Shown: positions 8,968 to 18,357 of the stretch, in pieces
How the letters are laid out: every line of letters begins with the position of its first letter
Position numbering within the stretch: the stretch's first letter is position 1
Origin: Ferruginibacter sp.
Lineage (GTDB): Bacteria; Bacteroidota; Bacteroidia; Chitinophagales; Chitinophagaceae
Reading direction: 5' to 3'
NCBI GenBank assembly: GCA_044225605.1
Contig: JBGAIJ010000005.1
Location: 82,704-146,703 of the forward strand
Length of the DNA: 64,000 nt
Notes under the pieces: model-generated
The model's database searches: none
Seen by the model: only the letters and a program-made list of their open reading frames with translations
Told to the model about the DNA's origin: nothing
Translations under genes and position numbers: made by a program

Positions 8968-9061
8968 TACTGATAATTCTTTTTTTGATTTTTAGTTTTC
9001 AGTAAAACTTATCAGCAAGGTAGATGGGGAAGCAACTGCTTATTTTACGAGAGTGGTAAAA

Positions 9062-9094
9062 TAAAAAAGCTCACCCGTAAATCAGATGAGCTTT
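9062..9094 (-). terminator. Expression-platform terminator of the SAM-I riboswitch
   Basis: Minus strand aaagctcatctg-attta-cgggtgagctttttt. The tcagat directly after the aptamer can pair with atctga in the 5' arm, forming an antiterminator. Confidence 0.75.
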
Positions 9095-9133
9095 AACTAT
9101 GTTGTAACAGTGTTATGCAGCTTTAAAATCTGA

Positions 9134-9263
9134 CTTATCTGTCACGCCGGCGGCGTGATGGAATTGGCACCTTTTCATTTGTCATCCTGAACTTGTCGAA
9201 GGAAAATAAATGATAGGTTGTCAAGGCTTCAACGGGCCATTACCCTCTGCCTTTCTTGATAAG
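9134..9263 (-). ncRNA. SAM-I riboswitch aptamer
   Basis: Minus strand cttatcaagaaaggcagagggtaatggcccgttgaagccttgacaacct...aaggtgccaattcc...gataag matches the SAM-I consensus, upstream of a methionine-pathway gene. Confidence 0.92.
9181..9202 (+). repeat. REP-like element gtcatcctgaacttgtcgaagg inside riboswitch P3
   Basis: Close match to tgtcagcctgagcttgccgaagg (41291) and the inverted copy at 41353. Confidence 0.65.
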
Positions 9264-9282
9264 ATTAACTAAAGAACTGGCG

Positions 9283-9315
9283 CAAAGGTAATGGCATTAC
9301 CGGTAATCTGCCAAA
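9283..9315 (-). promoter_or_regulatory. Housekeeping-type promoter of the riboswitch-hom transcript
   Basis: Minus strand TTTG-N21-TACCTTTG, fitting the Bacteroidota -33/-7 consensus. Confidence 0.7.
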
Positions 9316-9344
9316 TTAAAATGTAATACAATTGTAAATACTTG

Positions 9345-9893
9345 TTAAGCAGTGAGGTTTTTCTCCAACCACTCCTTTTGCGATGATGCATTTTGCTCCA
9401 TCTCCACCATTCCTGCAATTTTATCCTGCCCTTTAATTATTGATTTTGTAACCAGTGAATGTTCTATTACTTCGTCTTCCTTCATACCCAGCAGTTTCAT
9501 CAATCCCAGCATTTTTTCACTGCCAAAATGTATAAACAGGGGTTCGTCCATAGCGCTGTAAACTATAATGGGTTGCTGTTGCCAGTTTTTAACCAGTTCC
9601 AGCTCTTTGGTGTGCAGTGGATGGTGTTCTGTAAAAACAGCTTTTTTATTTTGCAGCATGGCTGTATTAAAACGACGGGCATCTACAACCAGGCTTTCAT
9701 TCAGTCCTTGCTGTATAAAATAATTTGTAAACTTTTTTAAAGTGTCGGCAAACCAGCAAATAAAAAAAGTATCGGGCTGTTGCTGGGCAAGTGCAGCACA
9801 GGCCTTCAGCTTTGCATTGGTGGTTTGGTAACAGCGGTCGGTAAAAATACTTTGGGGTGTTTCTTCTTTTTTACCAAATAAATTAAACAGCAT
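9345..9893 (-). CDS. Hypothetical protein with a SecA-like C-terminal segment
   Basis: Likely start at 9893 (MLFNLFGKK). YSAMDEPLFIHFGSEKMLGLMKLLGMKEDEVIEHSLVTKSIIKGQDKI resembles the SecA segment at the NBD2/scaffold junction. Confidence 0.55.
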   Translation of the reverse strand: MLFNLFGKKEETPQSIFTDRCYQTTNAKLKACAALAQQQPDTFFICWFADTLKKFTNYFIQQGLNESLVVDARRFNTAMLQNKKAVFTEHHPLHTKELELVKNWQQQPIIVYSAMDEPLFIHFGSEKMLGLMKLLGMKEDEVIEHSLVTKSIIKGQDKIAGMVEMEQNASSQKEWLEKNLTA

Positions 9894-10070
9894 AAAACAA
9901 ATTATGCTGCAAATTACAGAAGTTTTACCCGGCTGCGCCGAATGATATTTGCCACAGCTGCATTGAAACACAAAATTTCAGGTATTGTATTTTTCAGTGC
10001 TTCTGTGTAATCGGTGGCAATTGAACCAAACCGCACCTGTTTTGTTTTATCTTTACCACAGTAAGTACTT

Positions 10071-12938
10071 ATGGCAAAGGCAAAAAAGAGTTTACCGCAG
10101 CAGGTAATTAATAATGATATTATTGAAGTAACAGGAGCAAGGGAGCACAACCTTAAAAACCTTGATATTTCCATTCCCAAAAATAAACTGGTGGTGTTTA
10201 CCGGCGTAAGCGGCAGCGGTAAATCATCGCTGGCGTTTGATACTATTTATAACGAAGGCCAGCGCCGTTACATGGAAAGTTTTAGTGCATATGCCCGCCA
10301 GTTTGTGGGTGATATGGAGCGACCCGATGTTGATAAAATCACCGGGCTTTCACCTGTAATTTCTATTGAGCAAAAAACCACCAATAAAAATCCCCGCAGT
10401 ACAGTAGGAACTGTTACCGAGATTTACGATTTCCTGCGTTTGTTATATGCACGGGTGGGTGAAGCATACAGTTATAACACCGGCAAAAAAATGGTGAAGT
10501 TTAGTGAAGAGGAAATTGTGGCATCCATATTTACCCGCTTTTGCAATAAAAAAATAAACTTACTGGCACCGTTGGTAAGAGGAAGAAAGGGGCATTACCG
10601 GGAATTGTTTGAAGAAATGCGTAAGAAAGGTTATTTAAAAGTGAGGGTGGATGGAGAGATAAAAGACCTGGCGCCTAAAATGCAGGTAGACCGTTATAAA
10701 ATTCATGATATAGAACTGGTGGTGGACCGTATGCCGGTGAATGATGACATGAGATTACGGCTGAGCCAGAGTGTGCAAAAAACATTACAGCTTGGCAAAG
10801 ACTTGCTATTTCTGCAAATTGAAGGCGATAATAAAGTAACACAGTTTAGTAAACAACTGATGTGTGAAGACACAGGCATTAGCTACGAAGAACCATCACC
10901 CAATGCATTTTCATTTAACAGCCCTTATGGTGCCTGCCCCACTTGTAAAGGTTTGGGCAATGTATATACCATAAGTATGGATGAAGTGTTGCCTGATAAA
11001 ACACTGAGTGTAAAAGCAGGCGCCATAGTTCCATTGGGCGAAGAACGGGATGCCAGTGTGTACCGGCAGGTGGAAGCCTTTGCAAAAAAATATAAAATCA
11101 ATTTAGATAAACCGGTAAAAGATTTACCACAGGCGCAACTGGATTTATTATTGTACGGCGATAAAGATATTAACCCGGCGCTTGAAATGGACTTAAGTGA
11201 TGAAACAGTGCCGCAGGAATATACCGGCAGTTATGAAGGTATAATACCGATGCTGAAAAGATGGTTTTCATCGCCACAAAGCAATGATGGTTTAAGAGAG
11301 TGGGTGGAAAAATTTACAGAACTGAAAGTATGCGGCACCTGCAATGGCGCCAGGTTGCGTAAAGAAAGCCTTTGGTTTAAAATTGTTGACCGCAATATTG
11401 CCGAACTGGGTGACATGAATTTAGATAATTTGGCGGCATGGTTTGATGGTATTGAACTGCGGCTGGATAAAAAACAAAATGCCATTGCGAAAGATATTTT
11501 AAAAGAAATAAGAGAACGTTTGCAATTTTTATTAGACGTGGGGCTTACTTATCTCACTATAAACCGTCCCAGCAAAACACTCAGTGGCGGCGAAAGCCAG
11601 CGCATACGTTTGGCTACACAAATTGGCAGCCAGTTGCAGGGCATTACTTATGTATTGGATGAACCAAGTATTGGTTTGCACCAAAGAGATAATCATCGTT
11701 TAATAACAGCGCTGCAAAATTTACGTGATATTGGTAATAGTGTATTGGTGGTGGAGCATGATAAAGATATTATGATGGCCAGTGATTATTTAGTTGACAT
11801 TGGCCCCAAAGCAGGTAAACACGGCGGAGCAATTGTTGCCGCAGGCACACCGGATGAAGTAGTAAAATCAAAAAGCGAAACAGCACAATATTTAAGCGGC
11901 AAGAAAAATATTGATGTGCCGAAAGAAAGGAGGAAAGGAAATGCAAAGTTTATTGAGTTGACAGGGGTGAACGGAAATAATTTACAAAACGTAAGTGTGA
12001 AGTTTCCGTTGGGTAAATTGATTTTGGTAACGGGTGTAAGCGGCAGCGGAAAATCAACTTTAATAAATGAAACATTATACCCGCTGCTGAACAAATTTTG
12101 TTACAACAGCAAGGCCAACCCTATGCCGTATAAAAAAATTACGGGCATGGAAAATATTGATAAGGTGATTGAAATTGACCAAAGCCCCATTGGCCGTACA
12201 CCCCGCAGTAACCCTGCAACGTACTGTGGTTTTTTTACTGATATACGTACATTGTTTGCAAGTGTGCCCGAAGCAAAAATTCGTGGGTACAATGCCGGCC
12301 GTTTTAGTTTTAATGTAAAAACAGGAAGATGTGATGTGTGTGAAGGCGGTGGCATGCGTGTGATTGAAATGAATTTTTTACCCGATGTTTATGTGCATTG
12401 CGAAAAATGCAATGGCAGAAGGTATAACAGGGAAACGCTTGAAATACGTTACAAAGGAAAAAGCATCAGCGATGTACTGGATATGACGGTGGATGAAGCC
12501 GTGGAATTTTTTCAACCAGTGCCATTTATATACCGTAAAATAAAAGTGCTGCAGGAAGTTGGCTTAGGTTATATCACACTCGGGCAAAGTGCTGTAACAC
12601 TCAGCGGCGGCGAAGCACAGCGTGTAAAATTGTCAACTGAACTTGGTAAAAAAGATACCGGCAAAACATTTTATATTTTAGATGAACCCACTACTGGTTT
12701 GCACTTTCAGGATATACAGCATTTACTGGATGTGCTGAACAAACTGGTTGACCGTGGTAATACTGTTTTGGTAATTGAACACAATATGGATGTAATAAAA
12801 GTGGCCGACCATATTATTGACATTGGCCCCGAAGGTGGTGATGGTGGCGGCAATGTGTTATTTGAAGGCACGCCGGAAGGTTTGGTAAAAGTAAAAGAAA
12901 GTTTTACCGGTAAGTTTTTGCTGCCGGAACTAAAATAA
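10071..12938 (+). CDS. uvrA: Excinuclease ABC subunit A
   Basis: Two Walker A motifs (GVSGSGKS), two LSGGE signatures and zinc-finger CxxC pairs. Confidence 0.97.
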   Translation: MAKAKKSLPQQVINNDIIEVTGAREHNLKNLDISIPKNKLVVFTGVSGSGKSSLAFDTIYNEGQRRYMESFSAYARQFVGDMERPDVDKITGLSPVISIEQKTTNKNPRSTVGTVTEIYDFLRLLYARVGEAYSYNTGKKMVKFSEEEIVASIFTRFCNKKINLLAPLVRGRKGHYRELFEEMRKKGYLKVRVDGEIKDLAPKMQVDRYKIHDIELVVDRMPVNDDMRLRLSQSVQKTLQLGKDLLFLQIEGDNKVTQFSKQLMCEDTGISYEEPSPNAFSFNSPYGACPTCKGLGNVYTISMDEVLPDKTLSVKAGAIVPLGEERDASVYRQVEAFAKKYKINLDKPVKDLPQAQLDLLLYGDKDINPALEMDLSDETVPQEYTGSYEGIIPMLKRWFSSPQSNDGLREWVEKFTELKVCGTCNGARLRKESLWFKIVDRNIAELGDMNLDNLAAWFDGIELRLDKKQNAIAKDILKEIRERLQFLLDVGLTYLTINRPSKTLSGGESQRIRLATQIGSQLQGITYVLDEPSIGLHQRDNHRLITALQNLRDIGNSVLVVEHDKDIMMASDYLVDIGPKAGKHGGAIVAAGTPDEVVKSKSETAQYLSGKKNIDVPKERRKGNAKFIELTGVNGNNLQNVSVKFPLGKLILVTGVSGSGKSTLINETLYPLLNKFCYNSKANPMPYKKITGMENIDKVIEIDQSPIGRTPRSNPATYCGFFTDIRTLFASVPEAKIRGYNAGRFSFNVKTGRCDVCEGGGMRVIEMNFLPDVYVHCEKCNGRRYNRETLEIRYKGKSISDVLDMTVDEAVEFFQPVPFIYRKIKVLQEVGLGYITLGQSAVTLSGGEAQRVKLSTELGKKDTGKTFYILDEPTTGLHFQDIQHLLDVLNKLVDRGNTVLVIEHNMDVIKVADHIIDIGPEGGDGGGNVLFEGTPEGLVKVKESFTGKFLLPELK

Positions 12939-12969
12939 CTGTTGATAAAAGCCCAATAGTATTTAAACT

Positions 12970-12998
12970 GTTGAAGAGTGCGACGCAACAATGCTGCA
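12970..12998 (+). repeat. Short form of the modular dispersed repeat
   Basis: gttgaagagtgcgacgcaacaatgctgca carries both ends seen in the longer copies at 28650 and 35684. Confidence 0.6.
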
Positions 12999-13034
12999 CC
13001 GGGGAACAACAGCTGATTTTAAAAAGAAATATTT

Positions 13035-14417
13035 TTATTTTGTTTTTACCAGCCGGTATTGCATACCGCCGTTATCCATACATAATATCCTTCCGCCGCG
13101 TATTACTTTAAACCAGCTGTTGAACTCTTCTGTTTTTCCATCCCAGCGGTTAGTGGCAGTAATGCTCCAGTTGGTAACGGTGTATTTGCCTTTATAATTT
13201 TGCTGAAAAGTAGTCATAGCACCCACTGCACCGGTTGCGCCATTGTGAATACTGGTATAATTGCCTCCGGTATTAAAATTGAAAGTTGCACTGCGTGCAG
13301 CCACCGTCATGCCGGCATAACCGCCGGGGTTGCTGGATCCGGCAGAGTAATACCATTGCATGGTGGATGTGTTACCATCCTGCCAGGTGCCTAAAATATC
13401 ATTTTCTCCAATAGCAAATTTGTTATAACCGCTCATGTTTGAAAGATCAGAAGGGCCAAAACCAGTACCATTGGCTTTGGGAAACTGTGCCCATAATGAT
13501 GCCTCATCTTTTGCAGAGCCAATGGTAATATAGGCGGTGTTGGGAGCATTGTCTAAGCGCATTCCAATAAATCTTTTTTCGCCGGTGGCTTTGTCGGTGG
13601 CCCATCCTTCCACATAGTCGGGTTGTAAGCTGCTACTTATTTCACCATTGTCCTTGTATTGTTTTGTTTCAACAGTGTAATATTTTGTTACAAAGTTATC
13701 CCAATAATAATCCCTGGCTCTCAGTCCTGTGCCGGTGAAATCGGAGCCATTAAAAGGTAATGCATAAAACAGGTATACTTTAATATCGCCTTTTGTTACC
13801 AGTACCCAGTCATTTTGTATAGTACTGGTCCAGCCATCATCAAAGTTGGTAGTGCTGTAAGCAAAACCATCTTTTACTGCAGCCTGGTTATTATTTTGTG
13901 CAGTTTGCTGCACTTCGGTTTGTTGCTGTGGAGGAGCAGGGTTTTGCTGTGTTACATCGGTGCTGGTGATTTGTTGCTGAGATGAAGAGTTACTGATGGT
14001 AGTTTCTCCCACATAAAATTCTGACTGCATTTCTTTGGTTGAAAAATAAGATAATACGGAGTGGCCGTCTTTCTTTAACCATAAATATTTTTTGTCTGTT
14101 GCAACAGGTGTGGCAACCCAGCCTGATGCGCCGATTAACAGCATTAATGAATCTTTTGTAAATGTTACCGGCAGGTATAACACTTCTATATTGTTAACCG
14201 TACTGCCCGTTTTTTGCGCTTCTGTTTGCAGTAAACTTTTTGCAGCAGCAGTTACCAGCAGCCTGCTGTCTTTTTTAGAACCTGCAGGTAATGCAACGGC
14301 TGTAACAGCTGATTGCGAAACAGGCACTACTTTTTTTTGTGCATTTGCTGTATTCTGCGTGAGTGCACCTACGCTGCAAACAAAAATTTTTATTAAAATA
14401 AACAGGTGCTTTTTCAT
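13035..14417 (-). CDS. Hypothetical secreted protein (two domains joined by a Gln/Thr-rich linker)
   Basis: Long ORF with signal-peptide-like start MKKHLFIL...ANAQ at 14417 (the ORF track extends it to 14444). Linker SSSQQQ...PPQQQTEVQQ. Confidence 0.75.
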   Translation of the reverse strand: MKKHLFILIKIFVCSVGALTQNTANAQKKVVPVSQSAVTAVALPAGSKKDSRLLVTAAAKSLLQTEAQKTGSTVNNIEVLYLPVTFTKDSLMLLIGASGWVATPVATDKKYLWLKKDGHSVLSYFSTKEMQSEFYVGETTISNSSSQQQITSTDVTQQNPAPPQQQTEVQQTAQNNNQAAVKDGFAYSTTNFDDGWTSTIQNDWVLVTKGDIKVYLFYALPFNGSDFTGTGLRARDYYWDNFVTKYYTVETKQYKDNGEISSSLQPDYVEGWATDKATGEKRFIGMRLDNAPNTAYITIGSAKDEASLWAQFPKANGTGFGPSDLSNMSGYNKFAIGENDILGTWQDGNTSTMQWYYSAGSSNPGGYAGMTVAARSATFNFNTGGNYTSIHNGATGAVGAMTTFQQNYKGKYTVTNWSITATNRWDGKTEEFNSWFKVIRGGRILCMDNGGMQYRLVKTK

Positions 14418-14534
14418 TTTATTTTTTTTGATTGTGGCTTGCAAATGAAGCTGCCGTTATTGTATTGTAAAGATGGAAATTGCCGCTATGCTTTGCAATC
14501 CTGTTTTTACAGGATTTTTAAATTTTAAAATGCT

Positions 14535-16379
14535 CTACAGGTTAGTTACTGCAACATTGCTGATGTACACTTTAATTTCATCTGACTTGTCGGTGATATT
14601 GGTAAAAAAAATACTGTTAATCAGGGTGCCTGCAGGCAGCCCACACACTTTACAAGCGCCATCATACAGCAGCTTAAAGCCTGATGATGAAGTGAGTTCT
14701 TTATTATTAATGAAAATGCCGAGGTTATTGTTTTTTACTTTTACAGCAACATGCACTTTGGTTTGTTCATTGGTAAATTCCTTTAAGGGCTTTACATCAT
14801 AAATTCCTTCAGAATAATTCTGATTGTTTTCTGACGGTGCGGAATTTATTTTAGTGCGTACTTCACCCCGGTAGTTATTATTGTTATAATCAGCTTCATT
14901 GCCCGATGTAATATTTATTTCCACTCTTGTTCCATTGCCTCCTGATACTTCGGCACCATTGTCTGTTGCCTTACGGCTGTTTAAAACCAAACGTACAGCG
15001 CCGCCGGTAGGGGTGGAATAATCACCATCTGTAACTACATCAAACTCCAGTGTAAAATTTTGCGGCAAAGGTTTTTTTAATAATGTGGGAGATAATGGTG
15101 TGTTATAGCCCAGCTGCACCCATTTGCCTTCCACGCCCTTAACACTGGCTATATAACACCTTTTGGAGTATGTGTTAAAGAACCAGTTTGCAGGTTCTTT
15201 ACCAATTATACCGGTTGAAAAATTATCCATAAAGTGAACCCCGGGCGGCAACGTTGTATTGGTAACAACAGTGCTGCTGCCTGCCCTGTATTTATTTCTG
15301 TAAGCAGTAATTCTTGCATTTAACTGTTCTTCATTTGCAGGCCTGTAAGTAATGCCTTTTATTTTTTCAGGGTTATAAAAGTAGTTGTAGATGTAATCGT
15401 AGTTGATGTTTTCAGTAACTGCGGTGTACAGTTCATGCAACTGGTTACCGCTTTCAAGTGTTTCAAATGGTAAAGAAACAGTTAACCATTGCGGCTCTGC
15501 GTTTTTTAATTTTTGCAGCACATCTGCTGTAAGTTTATATAAAGGATAGTAACGTTTCCACTTGCGGTCATTATCAGAAAGCTCAAAAGGGTCGCTGTAA
15601 TCAAAGTTGTACATAGTTGGCTGCATGTTGCTTAAAAGGGCAGCATCCTGCAATGAATTTTTATATTTTTCTTTTAGCTGTGCAATGTTTTTGCGTATGC
15701 GTTCAATAGCTTTTTTATCAAAATCATTTGCTGTAAGAAATTTATTTGCAAGGGCTTCATCCGCCAGTTGCATAAATTCTCCTTTTGTTACCGGCGTAAT
15801 GGGCAGTTTGTTGTTGGGTGCAAGAATGATACTTTGCATTTCGTTACGTACGGTGATATATTTTGAAGCATTTGGATGAATACCTGCAAGGCGTTTATCA
15901 TTTTCAGGCGTGCCGCCAAATTGCTGGTAGCCGTCTAACTGCCAGGTAAAAACAAACAGGTCCGGATTATTTACAAAACTGGCGGGGTATGCGCCAAACA
16001 GTTTATTAACTGACATGTAAAATTTTGTATTTTCTTCCGGTATAGGCCTGAAATTCCCTTTTACATCCGTCCATTCTTTTTTATGGCTTACATTCCATAC
16101 CATAAACTTTACACCATAGCCGCCGTTTTCTAAGTAGCGTGTAACAGTGCCCAGCCCGCCAACAGGCGTATAACTTTTTTTCATCCACTCCACCATGCTG
16201 TTAAGGTTAGCTTCTTTCTTTTTTCCAGTGGGGTCTGTTTGCGCTTTCCAGTTGCGGTCATAATAGTTATCACTCCACCAGCCAATTACACTGTCCTGTA
16301 TACGTTGCTCATTGGTAAGTTGTGCAAATGAAATACAGTAAAAAAAAATAAATGCTGTTGTTAAAACTGGTTGCTTCAT
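14535..16379 (-). CDS. Hypothetical secreted protein with C-terminal lectin/ConA-like beta domain
   Basis: Signal peptide ending ISFAQ. Paralog of 16381-18318. C-terminal FMDNFS...GKWVQLG...LPQNFTLEFDV...YISNV. Confidence 0.75.
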   Translation of the reverse strand: MKQPVLTTAFIFFYCISFAQLTNEQRIQDSVIGWWSDNYYDRNWKAQTDPTGKKKEANLNSMVEWMKKSYTPVGGLGTVTRYLENGGYGVKFMVWNVSHKKEWTDVKGNFRPIPEENTKFYMSVNKLFGAYPASFVNNPDLFVFTWQLDGYQQFGGTPENDKRLAGIHPNASKYITVRNEMQSIILAPNNKLPITPVTKGEFMQLADEALANKFLTANDFDKKAIERIRKNIAQLKEKYKNSLQDAALLSNMQPTMYNFDYSDPFELSDNDRKWKRYYPLYKLTADVLQKLKNAEPQWLTVSLPFETLESGNQLHELYTAVTENINYDYIYNYFYNPEKIKGITYRPANEEQLNARITAYRNKYRAGSSTVVTNTTLPPGVHFMDNFSTGIIGKEPANWFFNTYSKRCYIASVKGVEGKWVQLGYNTPLSPTLLKKPLPQNFTLEFDVVTDGDYSTPTGGAVRLVLNSRKATDNGAEVSGGNGTRVEINITSGNEADYNNNNYRGEVRTKINSAPSENNQNYSEGIYDVKPLKEFTNEQTKVHVAVKVKNNNLGIFINNKELTSSSGFKLLYDGACKVCGLPAGTLINSIFFTNITDKSDEIKVYISNVAVTNL

Positions 16380-16380
16380 T

Positions 16381-18318
16381 TTATTCTTTTGTGATTTTTA
16401 TGTTGCTGATGTACACATTGGGCATTTTTCCGTCAACAGTACGGCTTATTGTGAGGTTGGTAAAAGTAATTTTCCGGAATACGGTATTAGGCGGAATGCC
16501 TTTACAAACACAATCATTGCAATAATCTTTTTTAAACTTGTTTGTAACGGCAATCTCTTTTCCATTAATAAAAAATGAAGCCTGCCCTTTATTCACTTTT
16601 ACAGTGGCATGAATAACCGTTTTTTTATTGGTAAATTCTCTTGGAACATAAGCAGCATTATATTTTCCTTCATAACCTGCAACGGTGGAATTGATAATAG
16701 TTGCTGCTTCGCCTGAATAATTATTGTTGTTGAAATCTGCTTCATTACCTGCCAATAGCTGTAAGTCAAGAATTGTGCCTTTAGAATTGCTGACAATTAA
16801 ACCTTCGGAGGTGGTGGGGTATGAACTCAAACTTAGTTTTAGAGCTCCGCCAGCTCTTGCTTCAAATTCATCGGTAGCCACATCAAACTCCATTGTAAAA
16901 TTTTCGGGTAAAGAATTTTTTATCGAAGGGGATAAATCGGAATGCCCTAACTGCACCCACTTACCGGTTTTATTTTTTAATTCAACAACAGTTGCAGGGT
17001 TGGCTCTTGAATCGCTCCAGCCTGCAGGCCTGTTGCCATTTGCATTGGCGGAAAAATCATCCATAAAAAATACGCCTTGCGGCAATGTTTTATTTTCAGC
17101 AACAGCATAATTTTTGTTCAGCCGCTGTATTTGTGTTTTTTGCTCTTCAGCGTTTGATGGTGTGTAGGCAATGCCTTTCACTTTTTCAGGGTTAAAAAAA
17201 TAATCATACACATAATCGAAATTAAAATAGCGCAGCATGGCTTTATGCACTTCGTAAGATTTTACCCTTGTGCCTTTTTTTTGCAAAGGCCAGGTAACTT
17301 CCACCCAAAGCGGTTTGTCTTTTTTACTGTTCTCAATCGCTTCTTTTGTGTAACGGTAAACAGGATAACCATCAATGTTTTGATACCAGTCTTCCACAAA
17401 CAGAGTGGTATTATTGTTTACAAAATCTGCAAAGGAAGGGCCTGCCCATCCGTATAAAACCGCAGGTTCGTTCAGCCGGTCTTTATATTTTTCTTTTAAC
17501 GTGTTCAGGTTTTTTAGGCACTGTGGATATTGCTTTTCATCCAAATCTTTTATTACTCCGGCATAGTAGGATGGATTGTTAGATGACATGTGCCTGGCTT
17601 CGTTCTTTTTTTCTTCCAGTTCTCTCTGCAAACCTTTTTCACAAAGTGCCAGCACTTCTCCTTTTGTTAATTGCACAATGGGCAGTTTGTTACCCGGAAT
17701 TAGTACAACAGTTACCCAGCTTTGCGATGGAAAATAAACCATGTATTTTGAAAACCTTGGGTCGCTGTGCAGCCCAAAATCTTTTACAGCATTTATTACA
17801 GCCTGGTTAGTAAAAGTGCTGGCATAGTTTTGTTTTGCCATGGTAAAATAAAAACCATCCTGCGAACTTAGCAATGCTGCATTGTTAATACCTGCCAGTG
17901 TGTTGGTGTAAATAAAAATATCATCATGGTCTTCATTCGGTGTCAGCGCATATTTGCCGGTACGTTCATTTTTAAACAAACCATAAATACCGGCTGTCAT
18001 TCCAATGCATTGCGGCACGGGAAATTTATTTTGACGTGATGTGAAATCTTTTTGATAAATATCTCCAAAGCCGCCAATGGGTACATAGCTTTTTTGCATC
18101 CAGGTAATGAATGTATCCCGTAATGATTGCTGGTATGCAGAAAATGTTTGCCCATCTACAGCAAGAGGCTTGTATATTTTGTTTTTAAAATTGTAAGTTG
18201 TCTTCCAGCCAATCACACTGTCTTCAATACGCTGCTGCATGGTTGGTTGAGCAAACATTTTTGCTGATGTAAAGCTTAGCAGTATTCCAATAAAAAAAAC
18301 TTCGAATAAATTTTTCAT
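16381..18318 (-). CDS. Hypothetical secreted protein, tandem paralog of 14535-16379
   Basis: Shared blocks QRIEDSVIGW, KSYVPIGG, KLPIVQLTKGE, YDYFFNPEK and GNEADFNNNNYSGE. ATG start at 18318. Confidence 0.75.
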   Translation of the reverse strand: MKNLFEVFFIGILLSFTSAKMFAQPTMQQRIEDSVIGWKTTYNFKNKIYKPLAVDGQTFSAYQQSLRDTFITWMQKSYVPIGGFGDIYQKDFTSRQNKFPVPQCIGMTAGIYGLFKNERTGKYALTPNEDHDDIFIYTNTLAGINNAALLSSQDGFYFTMAKQNYASTFTNQAVINAVKDFGLHSDPRFSKYMVYFPSQSWVTVVLIPGNKLPIVQLTKGEVLALCEKGLQRELEEKKNEARHMSSNNPSYYAGVIKDLDEKQYPQCLKNLNTLKEKYKDRLNEPAVLYGWAGPSFADFVNNNTTLFVEDWYQNIDGYPVYRYTKEAIENSKKDKPLWVEVTWPLQKKGTRVKSYEVHKAMLRYFNFDYVYDYFFNPEKVKGIAYTPSNAEEQKTQIQRLNKNYAVAENKTLPQGVFFMDDFSANANGNRPAGWSDSRANPATVVELKNKTGKWVQLGHSDLSPSIKNSLPENFTMEFDVATDEFEARAGGALKLSLSSYPTTSEGLIVSNSKGTILDLQLLAGNEADFNNNNYSGEAATIINSTVAGYEGKYNAAYVPREFTNKKTVIHATVKVNKGQASFFINGKEIAVTNKFKKDYCNDCVCKGIPPNTVFRKITFTNLTISRTVDGKMPNVYISNIKITKE

Positions 18319-18357
18319 AACCAATGTTATTTTTCAATCACTAACGGTAAAATAATT

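Noticed and set aside
9894-9971. Cys-rich N-terminal extension of the 9345-9971 ORF
   Set aside because: It runs through the divergent promoter region. The downstream ATG at 9893 after an AT-rich stretch is the more plausible start.
13860-14010. CAG/CAA-rich low-complexity stretch
   Set aside because: It encodes an ordinary Gln/Thr/Ser interdomain linker with no perfect tandem unit.
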